NCBI RefSeq assembly: GCF_902459465.1
Contig: NC_047071.1
Span: forward strand, 13,330,001 to 13,394,000
Direction: 5' to 3'
DNA length: 64,000 bases
DNA from: Asterias rubens
Taxonomy: Eukaryota
Each line of letters starts with the position of its first letter. The first letter of the stretch is position 1. Shown here piece by piece: positions 26,595-39,143 of the stretch. The position numbers and the translations under genes are program-made. Under the pieces are notes generated by a model that did not search any database, had not been told where the DNA came from, and saw only the letters and a program-made list of their open reading frames with translations.

Positions 26595-27447
26595 TAGTTG
26601 CGATAACGTAACCCTCCTCCCGACGGCCGCCAGGCCGGAGGGTTACGAGATTGTTTCGAGCGGAAACGGTTGATCTGGTCCAAAACGTACAATTTTGACA
26701 GCTAGTCACCAGATTTGCCCCATTTTTACCACTTTCAAAAATCATGACACAAATTCTGAGGGTACGAACTTAATCCGCAATGTCTAATGCAGCCTGCCAT
26801 AATACTCAAAACACCATTGAGGAAATATTTCGAAGAAAAATGGACAAAAACTTACCAGAACCGGAGCGAAATTCACAGGTTCAAATGTCGAACCTGCGTG
26901 GGGCGGAGCTTCGGCTCTACGTGTGTGACGTGTAGTTCAAAAGGTCGTGGCAATATGCGTAGGGTGCATTGTGTAGCCCGGAAACTGTGCACACATGTGC
27001 GGTCATCACATGCATATAGGACAATGCACTGTACTGATTGTGAGTGAGTACACCATGTACATGTACATGTACATGTTAATGCACGTGTACTGTTGAACTA
27101 CACGTCACACACGTAGAGCCGAAGCTCCGCCCCACGCAGGTTCGACAATTGAACCTGTGAATTTCGCTCCGGTTCTGGTAAGTTTTTGTCCATTTTTCTT
27201 CGAAATATTTCCTCAATGGTGTTTTGAGTATTATGGCAGGCTGCATTAGACATTGCGGATTAAGTTCGTACCCTCACTCCCCTCAGAATTTGTGTCATGA
27301 TTTTTGAAAGTGGTAAAAATGGGGCAAATCTGGTGACTAGCTGTCAAAATTGTACGTGTTGGACCAGATCAACCGTTTCCGCTTGAAACAATCTCGTAAC
27401 CCTCCGGCCTGGCGGCCGTCGGGAGGAGGGTTACATTATCGCAACTA
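26595..27447. mobile_element. 853-bp foldback element with about 345-bp TIRs and a 9-bp TSD (Mutator-like, non-autonomous)
   Basis: Arms about 26595-26940 and 27094-27447 are near-perfect reverse complements; flanks AAGTCATGC (26586-26594) and ATGTCATGC (27448-27456) match at 8/9. Confidence 0.8.
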
Positions 27448-28943
27448 ATGTCATGCCAGTGCAAGCAGTGGGCTAGCCTAGCTTTGACTCCTCACTGATA
27501 GACGTTCTTACGCCCTACCATGGATGAAGGATTACCTAGAGGGCTAGAGCAGTGGGCCAGTCAGTTTGTTTACAACACCCCCCCCTCGGCCCCGCCTATC
27601 CCTTTTTACTATGTGGCTGGCAAGTGACAAGTGTAATTTATTTAGTTTCCCATGATTATTAATATTAAACACACACATCACCAATAATTATTTGTCATAA
27701 GTTGTTCCTTATTTTCTTTGTTTAACGTTTTTGTAATAACTCACCTGAGCTTAAAATGAGTCCAGGGGGGAAGGGTGTTCTGCTTTACCTTGGATGGTGA
27801 TCGGAAGAAAAGAACTGTTAACGTTCACCCACACGGAGAGTTTTGGTTGATTTTTAACTCTTAGACAGCGCCCTCCATTGTCTGCTTTTAACTCCTTTGG
27901 CTGGCGAGTGTGTGAAGACGTAGACTTGATTCAGGTCCCGTTCTCGTGCGAGAGGTCCCTAAGCATACCCGCAGTCAATATAAGTGGTCCAGAGAAACAG
28001 GTTTGGGGGTAATGCAGAGCAGTTTTCTAGCGATGGTACGGGATTTGAACTTGAGTCAAGTCTAGTGAAGATGTAGCCTTTTAGTCAAGGCGCGCCCGGC
28101 ACCCAGAGGTGCTGCCCCAGATGTCACGTATCCGCAGCTCGCGCTGTTTTTTCCGCTGCACACGCCTTGAATAAAGGCTAGTGAAGACGGTGCCCGTGTT
28201 CGGCACGGTTTTTTTACAATCTTTTGTTGTGAACTTCCTCCATGGTTGAACCATGGTTGATTCAGACAAAAGATATACTCCATGATTGAACAATCTAAAG
28301 ACATATTTCATGTTACAATCGATCGAATTAGTGTGTCAACGCCGAGGCTGAAGTAAACTAAACTGGCCATCATTCCCCGTCGTCCACGCTCATAAAGAAA
28401 GAGGTCTGAGGGGGTGGCAACTTCGATTTTGGGGGTTCGAACTATGCTCGAAGAGCTGTATGTTTATGTGATAGGCGGGGCAGGATGTCAGTCGTTGTAA
28501 TTCCAAGATTTCATTTGATTTTAATTCCTATGATTTTCCAACGTGGGCTGGTGGAGGAAGATTCAAAAGAGGGCGCTATCAGAAGTAGTTTTTACACAGT
28601 TCGCCGTATGGAGGACATAATCTCATGCCACCGACATCCAATCGTTTTGTTCCCCTTTTTGAGGGATTGCCAGAGATCTGTAAAGATTGTAGACCCTTTC
28701 TTTTGAGAAACGATCGATAGTAGGCGTACTTTATTTTACCAGTGATGTCTGTGTAGCCATGACACTAAATTAATAGTATGCATGCTTAAAGTCACCTGGA
28801 AATATAATTGTTTTTCTTTCAAACATAAGAGTATAATTATGCTTACGAACAATAAAACAATTTTTTTAGTAATTGTTTGCACGATTTATATGTTTAAAAA
28901 ATATATCAAGTTGTTTGGGGGGCTGACTCCGCCTACCCCTTTT

Positions 28944-29206
28944 GTGACGTCAATCGAGGCAGACTTTGCCTGCAATGCGTATAGCAAACACACTTGCAAA
29001 GTGCATGTACGTCCAAGTCGTGAGTTGGTACGTTTCAAAAAGTATTTTTCTGCATTCAGTAGCAATACACCTGGTCGGCATTGCCGGAAAAAAAAAAAAA
29101 AAATCTTTTTTTGAAACGTACAAACTCACGACTTGGTCCGTACATGTACTTTGCAATTGTGTTTACTCTACGCATTACAGGCAAAGTCTGCCTCGATTGA
29201 CGTCAC
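28944..29206. repeat. Inverted repeat with about 95-bp arms (MITE-like)
   Basis: GTGACGTCAATCGAGGCAGACTTTGCCTG... / ...CAGGCAAAGTCTGCCTCGATTGACGTCAC. Confidence 0.7.
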
Positions 29207-30972
29207 GAACAGCGCCCTCTCGGGTCGGGGTCTACTCTTAAATTTTGTAAATAACATAAGAACTGATTTTTTAAAACCTTAGTTAACTGTTTATTCACAT
29301 TCCACTCATCAAAACACATATTAGTGACAAAAGCTTTATTTTGAAAAAATACCACTTCCAGGTGACTTTAAGATCCACAAACGCACGGTCATCACATTAT
29401 TGCTTCCTTTAATAAACCTTTAATAATTTTTTACTTTAATAAACCCTTCCAGTGGGAGGTCACACTGGATTGTCAAAGACCAGTCTCTCTTTTGGTGTAT
29501 TCCAACATAATTATGCATTAAATAACACACCTGTGAAAACTTGAACTCAATTGGGCGTCGAAGTTGCGAGATAATAATTGAAGGGGAAAAAACACCCTTG
29601 TCGCGCACAGTGCTTTCAGATGCATTGATTTCTTTCGAGACCTCAAAATCAAAGGTCTCGAAATCAAATTCAAATACTTTAGTGAGAAATTACTTCTTTT
29701 TTAAAAACTACGCTACTTCAGAGGGAGTTGTTTCTTACAATGCTTTATGCTAACAATTATTTTGATTATTACCAATGCATGCAATGGTGTCCAGTTCTAA
29801 GTACTTATTATGTATGCTTGCCCTGGGTTGATTTGTGAGAGTAACATTTTCTTTCAACCACTGTATTGGTGCTACTATACATTGTTTCCAGTAAAAAATG
29901 ATTGAGAATCAGTTTCTCTGTATGTATAAGGAAGCTTGATTTTTTTCACAATCCGCCCCCCCCCCTTACAAAAAAGGGGGAAGCTCAGGTTCGCCGATTG
30001 ACCCCATCTGGGGCCATAAAGGTCCCCCCCCCCCCCGGATCTTGGGTGCACCATTCAGTGACCCACACGCCTACAAATACTAAGGGAATCGATGTGTGGT
30101 GAAGAGGTTTTCAACTAGTGGTTTAATCCCAACGAGGCCTGGTCCTTGATAATTTTACCGAGACGAAGTCAAAAAACATCAACACTTATGGTCAAAAAGT
30201 AAAGTAAATGTAAAAATTATAATTTTCAATGATTTCTTTCAACACAACACCCCTCCAGCTATGAAATGGTAAGGCCCAGTCAAGGCCCTCGGGTAAACAA
30301 CTCCTTATAAGGGAATGCTGTGCGCGTCGCGGGTATCGCGTGATGTGACACAACTGTCTCGGCCGTTGCTCTCGACCAATAGGAATGAAGAAACTGTCTT
30401 ATAAGCACAGGTGCAAACTCGCGTGTCACGCCCAAGTTTCAACACTTTTTACTGGTCATAAACAAAGGTTTATACACACCCACGTGACGCGCTCTCCACC
30501 AATAGGAATAGCGAAACTGTCTGAGGTATTTATGAATGTCTATTAATGGACCATTACTATAAACTCAAAATGAATAAAGTACATCACTACATACAACATA
30601 ATGCCACCAAATACAGTCATGGCAATTTTGCAGGGAAACTTCCTGGTACACCGGGGTAGAGCAAGGGTAGGTCATAATACACCACGCTTAAGTAAACGGA
30701 AAAAGCAAACCACATTTCCTGTATAGACTTTATAATGAAAAACAAACGCCTATCAAAAAATAAACAATAGGCCCTTAGGTGTTTGTAAATCTTTCATGAA
30801 CATTTGTAGTCTTCTCGACAACATTGACGTGTTTGTAGTAATTCTGGAAGGAAACCGCTCTACTGTTCCACCGTTCTACTGTAAGCTTCGCTGGCCCCCA
30901 CGAGCACTCTCCTACGAAGGCCACCGATTCCGTATTTTGTCATAGGCTCCTACTGATTGTAACTTAGCCGAC

Positions 30973-32652
30973 ATGTTTAACATTACTGATAAAACTGGGC
31001 ATGTTGTTGTCCTGCTGTTTCTCGTGTGGATGACACGCCGTCATGTTCAGGCAGAGATAGGTGTGGATACTAGACCAAAGGATGCTGCAGTTCATGAGGG
31101 AGAGAATGTAATATTCGAATGTGATCTCAGAAATGTTGATGGTTACACTATCATTTGGGCGTATGATCAGTCTGGCAGTGGGTCCACCTTGACGTATCTT
31201 ACCCGTGACAGATCTGATTATGAAGGATCTGATCAAGCAAGCTCAGAAGTTATGGAGCGCATATCTATCGTTGGTGACGTGGATGAAGAAGAGTTCTCAT
31301 TAAGGATTGAGAATGTACAAGAGTCTGATAGTGGGGAGTATTCATGCCGGTATAACCCTGCTGTTGGCGGACACCCCACTACTGCAGGTATGGCCACGCT
31401 GGTTGTGCTGGTCCCGCCCACTCTAGACTCGCTAGTATGTAGGGTAGACACGCATACGGGCACTGGCAATGCAGTTGGTGACAGGGTGGATCTTTTTTGT
31501 TCAACATCAGGAGGGAATCCACTCCCTAATATCACCATAACCAAGGAGGAAGAGATAATTGCAGATGGCAGTCAAATCAAGTCCGTTACCCATCCGTACA
31601 CGCTAATTGCTGAAGATAATGGAGTGACATTCACTTGTACAATGTCAACACCTGCCCTTGATGTACCGCGTACCTGCTCTGTTATGCCGCTCGTGATATT
31701 ACCCACTGTTACTATTAGCCCACTGTCATCTACTGTGGTAGAGGAGGGGGCTAGCATTACGCTCGACTGTAACGCTGGGGGCGTACCTAGTGTTATCGTC
31801 ACTTGGGAAGTCTATACAACTGATCCTCGAGAGGCTCTGGCATTGGATACATATTCGCTATCCAATGAGGGCCACACCCTGTATATGCAAGCCATGGAGA
31901 CTATTGTAGCGTATTGTGTTGCCAGTGTGCCGTCTGGACTGTCCAGTAATTCCACGGTGAGAATTGACGTCACGCCTCGAGAGGAGACTAACACTGAGGA
32001 GATCAACACACGGGCGTGGACCATGAACCCCAAACAGCCGTCTTCTTCCTCCTTACACGTCACGATTATCATTGTCGTAGCCGGTGTCCTGGTCGTGGGT
32101 TTCATCATTTTGATTCTGCTGATCAAACGGCAACAAAAAAAGAAAAGAAAGTCAATGATTCCCATTGACCCTAAAGTTGGATACAAAATGCGCGAGATTG
32201 AGGATGACGAGGCAGGAAGACGGAACGGAACGAAATCCAACGATGAAGAAATCGGTGGCCGAGACGCAGGAAATGTCATCCCGGAGAAATTCCCGCACGT
32301 CCCCGCAGGAGGAAGTGCTACCAGACTCGACGGACCCGAAACTGAGAAGGGCAGACCATCGCCATCATCCACGCCGCGTGGTGGCGCTGTGGATTCACCT
32401 CAAGACATGTCAGTCATCTACGCTCAACCCCAGAAGAAACCCAAACACCCAAAACATCTCGAAGTTGGATCACATGAGAACATGTATAGCACTGTTGCTG
32501 ATGGGGAGGAGGAACCAGTAGCAAGCGACTCGGGGCTACTCTATGCTGATCTTGACTTGGATAAACACGGCGGTTCTGATAAAGAAAATGAGACACAACC
32601 AGAGGGAATCCATTCAAATGAACAAACTGTTTACGCATCGATTCGTACTTAA
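30973..32652 (+). CDS. Single-exon type-I IgSF receptor A (559 aa): signal peptide, V-set, C2-type and third Ig domain, TM, cytoplasmic ITIM (LLYADL) + ITSM (TVYASI)
   Basis: Uninterrupted 1680-nt ORF. V-set hallmarks FEC..IIW..FSLRIENVQESDSGEYSC; second domain LFC..GGNPLP..AEDNGVTFTC; third LDC..G.P....W..YC; hydrophobic VTIIIVVAGVLVVGFIILILLI followed by KRQQKKKRK. Probable 5'UTR acceptor ttag|ccgacATG. Confidence 0.92.
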   Translation: MFNITDKTGHVVVLLFLVWMTRRHVQAEIGVDTRPKDAAVHEGENVIFECDLRNVDGYTIIWAYDQSGSGSTLTYLTRDRSDYEGSDQASSEVMERISIVGDVDEEEFSLRIENVQESDSGEYSCRYNPAVGGHPTTAGMATLVVLVPPTLDSLVCRVDTHTGTGNAVGDRVDLFCSTSGGNPLPNITITKEEEIIADGSQIKSVTHPYTLIAEDNGVTFTCTMSTPALDVPRTCSVMPLVILPTVTISPLSSTVVEEGASITLDCNAGGVPSVIVTWEVYTTDPREALALDTYSLSNEGHTLYMQAMETIVAYCVASVPSGLSSNSTVRIDVTPREETNTEEINTRAWTMNPKQPSSSSLHVTIIIVVAGVLVVGFIILILLIKRQQKKKRKSMIPIDPKVGYKMREIEDDEAGRRNGTKSNDEEIGGRDAGNVIPEKFPHVPAGGSATRLDGPETEKGRPSPSSTPRGGAVDSPQDMSVIYAQPQKKPKHPKHLEVGSHENMYSTVADGEEEPVASDSGLLYADLDLDKHGGSDKENETQPEGIHSNEQTVYASIRT

Positions 32653-33186
32653 ATACGGCACAACGTCGCGAGGGACTATGAAAGTCCATAAAGTAATAAC
32701 AGTTTTGACTTGGCTAGACCTTAGAGCCTTGTCATACTGGCGGCAACATTTACAGGCAACTTGGAGGCCCAATTGCAGTGCGTGCGACATGTTGGACCAC
32801 TTGTAACACATGGGTCATTTTTCGAACAATTTCTTACGATATCAAGTGGACAGACGTGTCCCAGTGAATTGTGTGTGTCTCCCCCCCCCCCCCCCCCCCC
32901 CCCATTAACATGGGCTCTAGGAGGATGATTCAAAAGAGGGCGTTATCATCTCAGAAGAAATTTGTACACATCTCCGGGGGACAGAAGTTTCTGCCGGCCA
33001 CAGCAGAACTGGTTGCCTGTTAATTGGCTTGAGTGACATAACCTTTTTGAATACCCGCGCGTTTTTAAGTGGCTCAATGCCGGGGGGGGGGAGGGGGGGT
33101 GAAGCCAAGTCACGTTTCAAAAGGGACTACTCTTTTGATTCATGGCCACGCATCAAACTACTCGTAGACACTATTGGTGATACTCA

Positions 33187-36100
33187 GAGCGTTTTCGAAT
33201 CGAAGGCTCAGGCTCAGGCTTGGGCTTCAGACTGATGCAGCCATTTTGAAGCCGCGTACGAATCGGAGGCTCCGGATCGGGCTTCGAATTTGAGGCTTCG
33301 ATTTTGGCTGAAAACAGCGCCAGGCGAAGCCTCCTCAAGAGGTGGCTTCGCCAGGCTTCATGACGTCAGATTCGGGATGATAAATCTTTTTCTTGCGGCA
33401 GCCATTAAAATCCTCGGTTACCGTTCAATAAAATTGACAAATTTGGCTCTTTTGATTGTGTTTTACTATTAATAACAACAGTCTTCACCTGATATATCAC
33501 CCATGAGAAGGCGAACAATTTGCATCAATGATATTAAGGTAAGTTTTGATATATAATGTAATTTTTTATGATAATTTACTTCGCGTTAAAAATGACGTGT
33601 GCCCATAAACTTAGTGCTGCATCTAATTCGTGAAAATTGTCTTTTGGTTTTATTCTCAACATTTACTGATGAAGATAAGCTACATTCGGGAATTATTTGA
33701 CAGGATAATATTTGTGAAAGTAGGGCCTGTCTTCTTAACTTGGTTATGGTTGATTTTTCGTTGGCAGAAAATTAAAATTCCTTGTCTGCTGATTAAAAAC
33801 GACAGTTGTTTATTATTTTTTATAATCCCAAGGCCGAGAGCTGGATAGTGATATTATTAGTTATAAATCTTGTGGTTTCGTTTAAGCTGAACCAATTACA
33901 TTGAACACTCTTGTTACTTATGAATAATATTTCGCTTTGTTCCTTTTTTTCAAGAATGTTTTTGTTGTAGGCCTACTTTTTTAATAATAATATTTCATAT
34001 TGTTTACTTCTGACTGATGATGTACCGGGTAGTAACTTATTTGAGTTTTCTGAAGGGAAATACATTTCTTGGCAACTAAAAAAAAAGGTTACATGATTAC
34101 ATAAATTTAAATATTAGCCATGAATGAATGAATGATGATACATGTACACCTGCATCAACTTATCAAGCAGAGGCTATATGGGTTAGGTGTTGAGATGGGG
34201 GGGGGGGGGGACTTTGCTAGAAAAACACCTTTTGCTTGTGGATTAAGGATTCCAACTTTTTTGTAGAAGAGGACTGGCATTCATCAACATTCTTACTTGT
34301 ATTAACTTTCATTGTACAATGTAGAGTTGGAAGAGTGACTTTGGTGTGAGGAAAACCACCCGGCCTAGGTTCAAGTCTATAGGGGCAAAAGGATACTTGA
34401 ACACTGCCCATATCTGTCAGGTACGGTATGAATCACAAAATTGGTTTTTACCCATATACACCAATGTGTGTTATATAAGCACTGTATACTCAGTACTTAC
34501 CTGAGTTTTGTGAAAACAAAAATCACAGGCAAATTACTCAGGTGGGATTCGAACCCACAACCTTTGCAATTCTAGAGCAGTTTCATGCTAAACTAGACCA
34601 CCGAGTTTGCCCAGTAGCTGAGGCAGTTTGAATCCTAAATTTTAGCAGCCGGAACTGCAAATGATATTAAAATTGCACCAGGTTACGAGTATTCAGTTTG
34701 GTTTTTACTCCGGTAAGTATTGAGTATATAGTGCAATTACCACATCGGTGTTTATGGGTTAAAACCAAAATGAATACTATAAATATCAAGGCTGTGGTAT
34801 TATTCACTCAGAAAAAGACGACGGTCTAAACCCACCCGTATACACTGTGCGTAGTGTGTAATCACACCGCACGACCCACCCGTATACACTGTCACATTGC
34901 TGAAGTAATCCGCACTCGTACCACTAACCGCATGCGGAGGCTGTGTACGGGGGCGTCGTGTCGTGCGATGTGCCGGATGTGGTTAATTTTACGCTCAGTG
35001 TACAATGTATACGGTAGTTGCGTTTTTTCGGAGTGACAATTTGACTGCCTTAGCAAGGCTTAGCAAGGCTAACCCGACATCCTTTTGAGATGTTTCCGAT
35101 AATCAGTGGTGATCTGGAGTTCGAGAGACTTCCAAGTCAATCCCCTCTTGAATGTTAACCTTTGTTTTTTATATCTAAGGGGGGGGGTAATAGAAAGAAA
35201 ACTCTCTAAACCAACATTAAATCCCAAGAGCTAAAAATCAATTTTGTTTAGATACATTGTACAATGATCACCCAAATGGTATGATAATGCTATAATTTTG
35301 CAATTTATAATGTTGAGGGCTGCGTTGATTATTTGATCATACATGTACTCAAGCATTGATTATTTGATTTTATATAACACCCAAGCCGATCCTTGCCATT
35401 TGATTGGAGGATTGTCCGTCACGTGGTAGCAAATAAAAGTACCATTGCACGCTGAGTCACTCACCGTGCTTTTTCGTTCCATCCGAAAAGTACCATTGCA
35501 CGCTGCCAGCGTGCAATGGTACTTTTCGGATGGAACGAAAAAGCTGAGTAAAAACATCACTGCGTGCGCGTGTTTGTAACGCAGCAGTGTTACTGCGAGG
35601 AATAATATTAGTAAAATTACTAATACTAGCATTCGGATTCTACAATTAAAAATTGTAGGCCTACGCTTTGTTTGTTTTGAAAGTTGTATCTTTCAATCAA
35701 AATGACAAAGATCTACTTGGTTGTTATATAAAACAAATAATGAATGTTTTTCATTCGTGCAATGGTGCGAATATGTTCGTTCGTTGAAAGCTGGAATGTT
35801 CCATTCAACTCGGCTCCGCCTCGTTGAATAGAACATTCCATCTTTCAACTCATGAACATATTCGCACCATTGCACTCATAAACATTCATTATGTGTATAA
35901 TACTCAAGCATTGACTATTTGATCATACTCATAAGATTGTATCTTCTTCTCATTTCAGTTACAAGGATCTGCAGAAAAGCATCAATGTGAGAAGCGTAAC
36001 ATGTGCTAGCCAGTTCCGCATCAAAGCGAAAGACCTGTTAGTTCATTTCAGAACAATATAAGATGTCACCAGTAGGCCTGGGCAACAAGTGAAGTTTACT

Positions 36101-37603
36101 ACTCATCTAGTGTCAAAAACATTGTAGTCACGACTTTGACACTAGTTGTGACTATTTTAAACTCCTAAGATACATTGCGGCAAGTTGTTTGCCGCAGGCC
36201 CAATCAAGTAAAATTTGTGCTAAAAGGATTGAAGTTGTAGGGAATAGGCAAGAGCGACACAATGGGAGACTTTCCAACGCTAGGTGGCAGCAGACTTACC
36301 GGGTAAACTTCCATTGTTTACGTAGTTATGAGCTTGCACATAATTCTGCGAACATGGCTTTACCCGGTAAGTCTGCTGCCACCTATCGTCCTAGAAAGTT
36401 TCCTAGTCGTGACTGTTTTTTAGTAGTCATGGTAGCACGTCGAGTAATGTGAGTAGTTGAAAAATGGTATTTGTAACTCGACAAGGCAATCAATAGTCTC
36501 CACTTCGACACTTGTCTGTCACACTAGTCGCTCAGGCTTAGTCATCAGTAGAGGAAATATCACTGGTGATTAAGCAGAAGAAACTTCACCTGTGTCGATA
36601 AAGATATAAAGCTCAATTCTAACTCTGTAAAGTAACATAAAGCAAACTGACCTGTCCTTATTTGCAATTTTTTGCTAGCAATTATTCTACAGCTGAAAAA
36701 TACAATTAGAAAAAACTTGACAATTCCGAAATACTAACCTAACAGTTGACGAAATAATTATGTTTCTTGACTTTAAAGTGGAGATCATCATAATTGCAAT
36801 GAACTTAAAAGTTGTTAAGTAACCTAACATTTTCCCAGCCTCATGGGAGAACACAAACAATCATTTATTAGCACCGTCTTTGTAATCTTAAAAAAAGTTA
36901 TTTAAACAATCAATTGCTGTAAATTGATACTTCTTTTGTTTAAAAGTAACTCAATTTATGATAAAATAAAGTTTTCATTGTTGTGCAGTATAGCTTGTAT
37001 GCAGTTTTTACTTGATAGTCAGAGTAATGTTATTTTTATTCTAAAAGAATACTATAGTTTTCAAATAACAGAACATACCTTTCGAAATTTCCCTGCTTTC
37101 CAGTTTCAATGCAAGGCATGTTGTTGACATATATTACAACAAAATAAAGCTATGTTTTCAGAACATTTTTGGTCCGTTTCGTTGTTGATGAAAACAACCA
37201 TCATTTGTTGGCTTTCACTAAAATAAGTCATTTTACAATCAAGTGAAGCTAAAAAGTGGGCTGCTCTAAGTTATTGAGGTATTTTTACAATATTAAACCA
37301 TCAGAAAGCAAATATGCGTTTGTTACAATACAAATGGTATGATTATGTGTTTTGTGGTGGTGTTATTTTTTGTTTTGTTATACAATCATTAAATAAATGC
37401 CTCGCACACAAAAAGCAGACGACGCACGTTTGTTCTCGTGCATTATTATTTCCCCCATGAAGCCTAATCCCGCCGTGAAGCCGAAGTGTTCGAAACAATT
37501 TCGTCGCCATGTTGTTTATTGTGAAGCCTGAGTCTCACTGAGCCGGAGCCTGAAAATCCCAAGCCTCAAGCCTCAAGCCTGAGCCTTCGATTCGAAAACG
37601 CTC
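33187..37603. mobile_element. 4.4-kb non-autonomous PIF/Harbinger-like DNA transposon with nested repeats
   Basis: Perfect 28-bp TIR GAGCGTTTTCGAATCGAAGGCTCAGGCT; 3-bp TSD TCA (33184-33186 and 37604-37606); interrupts a family-A MITE; no transposase ORF recognised. Confidence 0.8.
35360..35900. mobile_element. Double-hairpin non-autonomous element nested in the 4.4-kb transposon
   Basis: Perfect 38-bp arms at 35468-35505 / 35507-35544; imperfect hairpin at 35738-35891; flanked by near-identical TACTCAAGCATTGA(T/C)TATTTGAT. Confidence 0.6.
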
Positions 37604-39143
37604 TCAGACTAATTGTTAGCATAAAAACTTACTTTCTGAAGTGACGTAGATTTTGAGAAAGGGGCTATTTCTTTCTTGAAATGAAAAAGCTTCAGGTTTG
37701 ACGTCTTTTTATATTTTTTTATGCATCTGAAAGCACAAAACTGTGTGTGTTTTTTCTTTCACAATTCTTTTGCATCTTCGACGACCAATAGGCCCCCTAT
37801 GAGTCAAAGTTTGGACAGATTTACTTATTTTACCCTAAAAAGGGAAGAAATGTGCCTTCTAATATCAATATTATAAGTGTTGGCATTTACAATGACCGAT
37901 TTAAACATGCTATGTCACATTTTTGGCCGATTTGACCCCAAAATTTTGATTTAAAATTCAATAGGTATTTAGATGGGGGTCGAGAAAGTTACAAGCTTTC
38001 ATTTGAGCCATTGCTCGAAAAAGTCCGCCAATTATTAGTAGCAGTGAAATAAACTGCTCAAAATTAGTTTTTGTCGGGATCCCGACAATCACGTGACCAA
38101 TTCTTATGTGTTTTATACGAAACGTTTTAAATTGTTGTCATGGTTCCTGACCATTAAAAGTAACAGTTACACTTGTTTTCGTTAGAGCGGGTGATACTCT
38201 TTGAAATACCATTCACTCAAAAAATCTGACATAGCATCTTTAATCAACTCCTGTAACGATCTGTTTAGGCTTATGATTTTTAACTCCGATTGAAGAAAAC
38301 TCATTGCTAAATAGGTTCTCGGATAATTTCTCTGATAATTTCTTTGATTCCTTCAAAGTTAACAACGAAGTTGAAACTACATTTTTTTCGAGTGAAAACC
38401 TTTAGTGCCAAAAAGAATACTGCAGAAGAAAAACAAACAGTATACTGTAGTCGTTTTACAATGTATGTTCTCCACAAAATGCTGGTTGTAGTTCCGCTTT
38501 TTCTTGCTCATCAAAAGAAAGTATTCGTTTGAATACCAGAGGGTAAACAAAAAATGCAAACTGTCTTGTATATATCGATGCATTTTTGGGTTGTTTATAA
38601 GTAAGTGCAATATTTTGTCAATTTTTTAAATTACAAAAAATAATGATAAAGTTCTTTTAGCTGTTACAAACTGCTTCTGAACAAAAATAGGCACATGCCA
38701 TGGTCTCGGAGCAAATAAAAAGTTAATGACCTGACGTTTTTATCAAATAATACATTATTAATGGCAAAATATATCTTTACACAGCACAGCTTAATTAAAT
38801 ATATTTATCGTAGCAATTAATCTACACAGTGACTATCGGGAAACGGTTTTTATAAGACAAGCTTGACGCCATTTTGTTGAGATTGCACTTAGAGATTTAG
38901 ATTGAAAGTATATACCGTTGGTTTTTTGAACCGTTCCATTGTTTTAACCTATATAAATGTAGATTGTATACATAATGCAACAAACATGTGTAAATATAAT
39001 TTTCAAAGGGTGATCGCGTTTTTTTTTAATCCGGATCGGTTATGTCCACGCAGGAAGAATAATCCGGAATTGGAATATACAACTCTGAGAAACGTTTCTG
39101 ACAGTGACGTATCTCAGATTCAAATTTTGAGGGATAACAACTG

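Noticed and set aside
28081-28311. Basic RRVQRKKQRELR ORF as the pygopus NLS exon
   Set aside because: No suitable donor; the NLS-like exon at 25057-25151 fits the phases and motif.
31812-32372. Long antisense or alternative-frame ORFs (also 23984-24457, 42665-43066, 43117-43533)
   Set aside because: Shadows of real coding sequence, with no independent motifs.
32881-32902. Long C/G homopolymers (also about 61778-61800)
   Set aside because: Common low-complexity tracts with unreliable length; no associated structure.
33187-37603. Autonomous transposase or captured gene inside the 4.4-kb element
   Set aside because: Only short AT-rich ORFs (under 91 aa) with no DDE or Myb motifs recognised.
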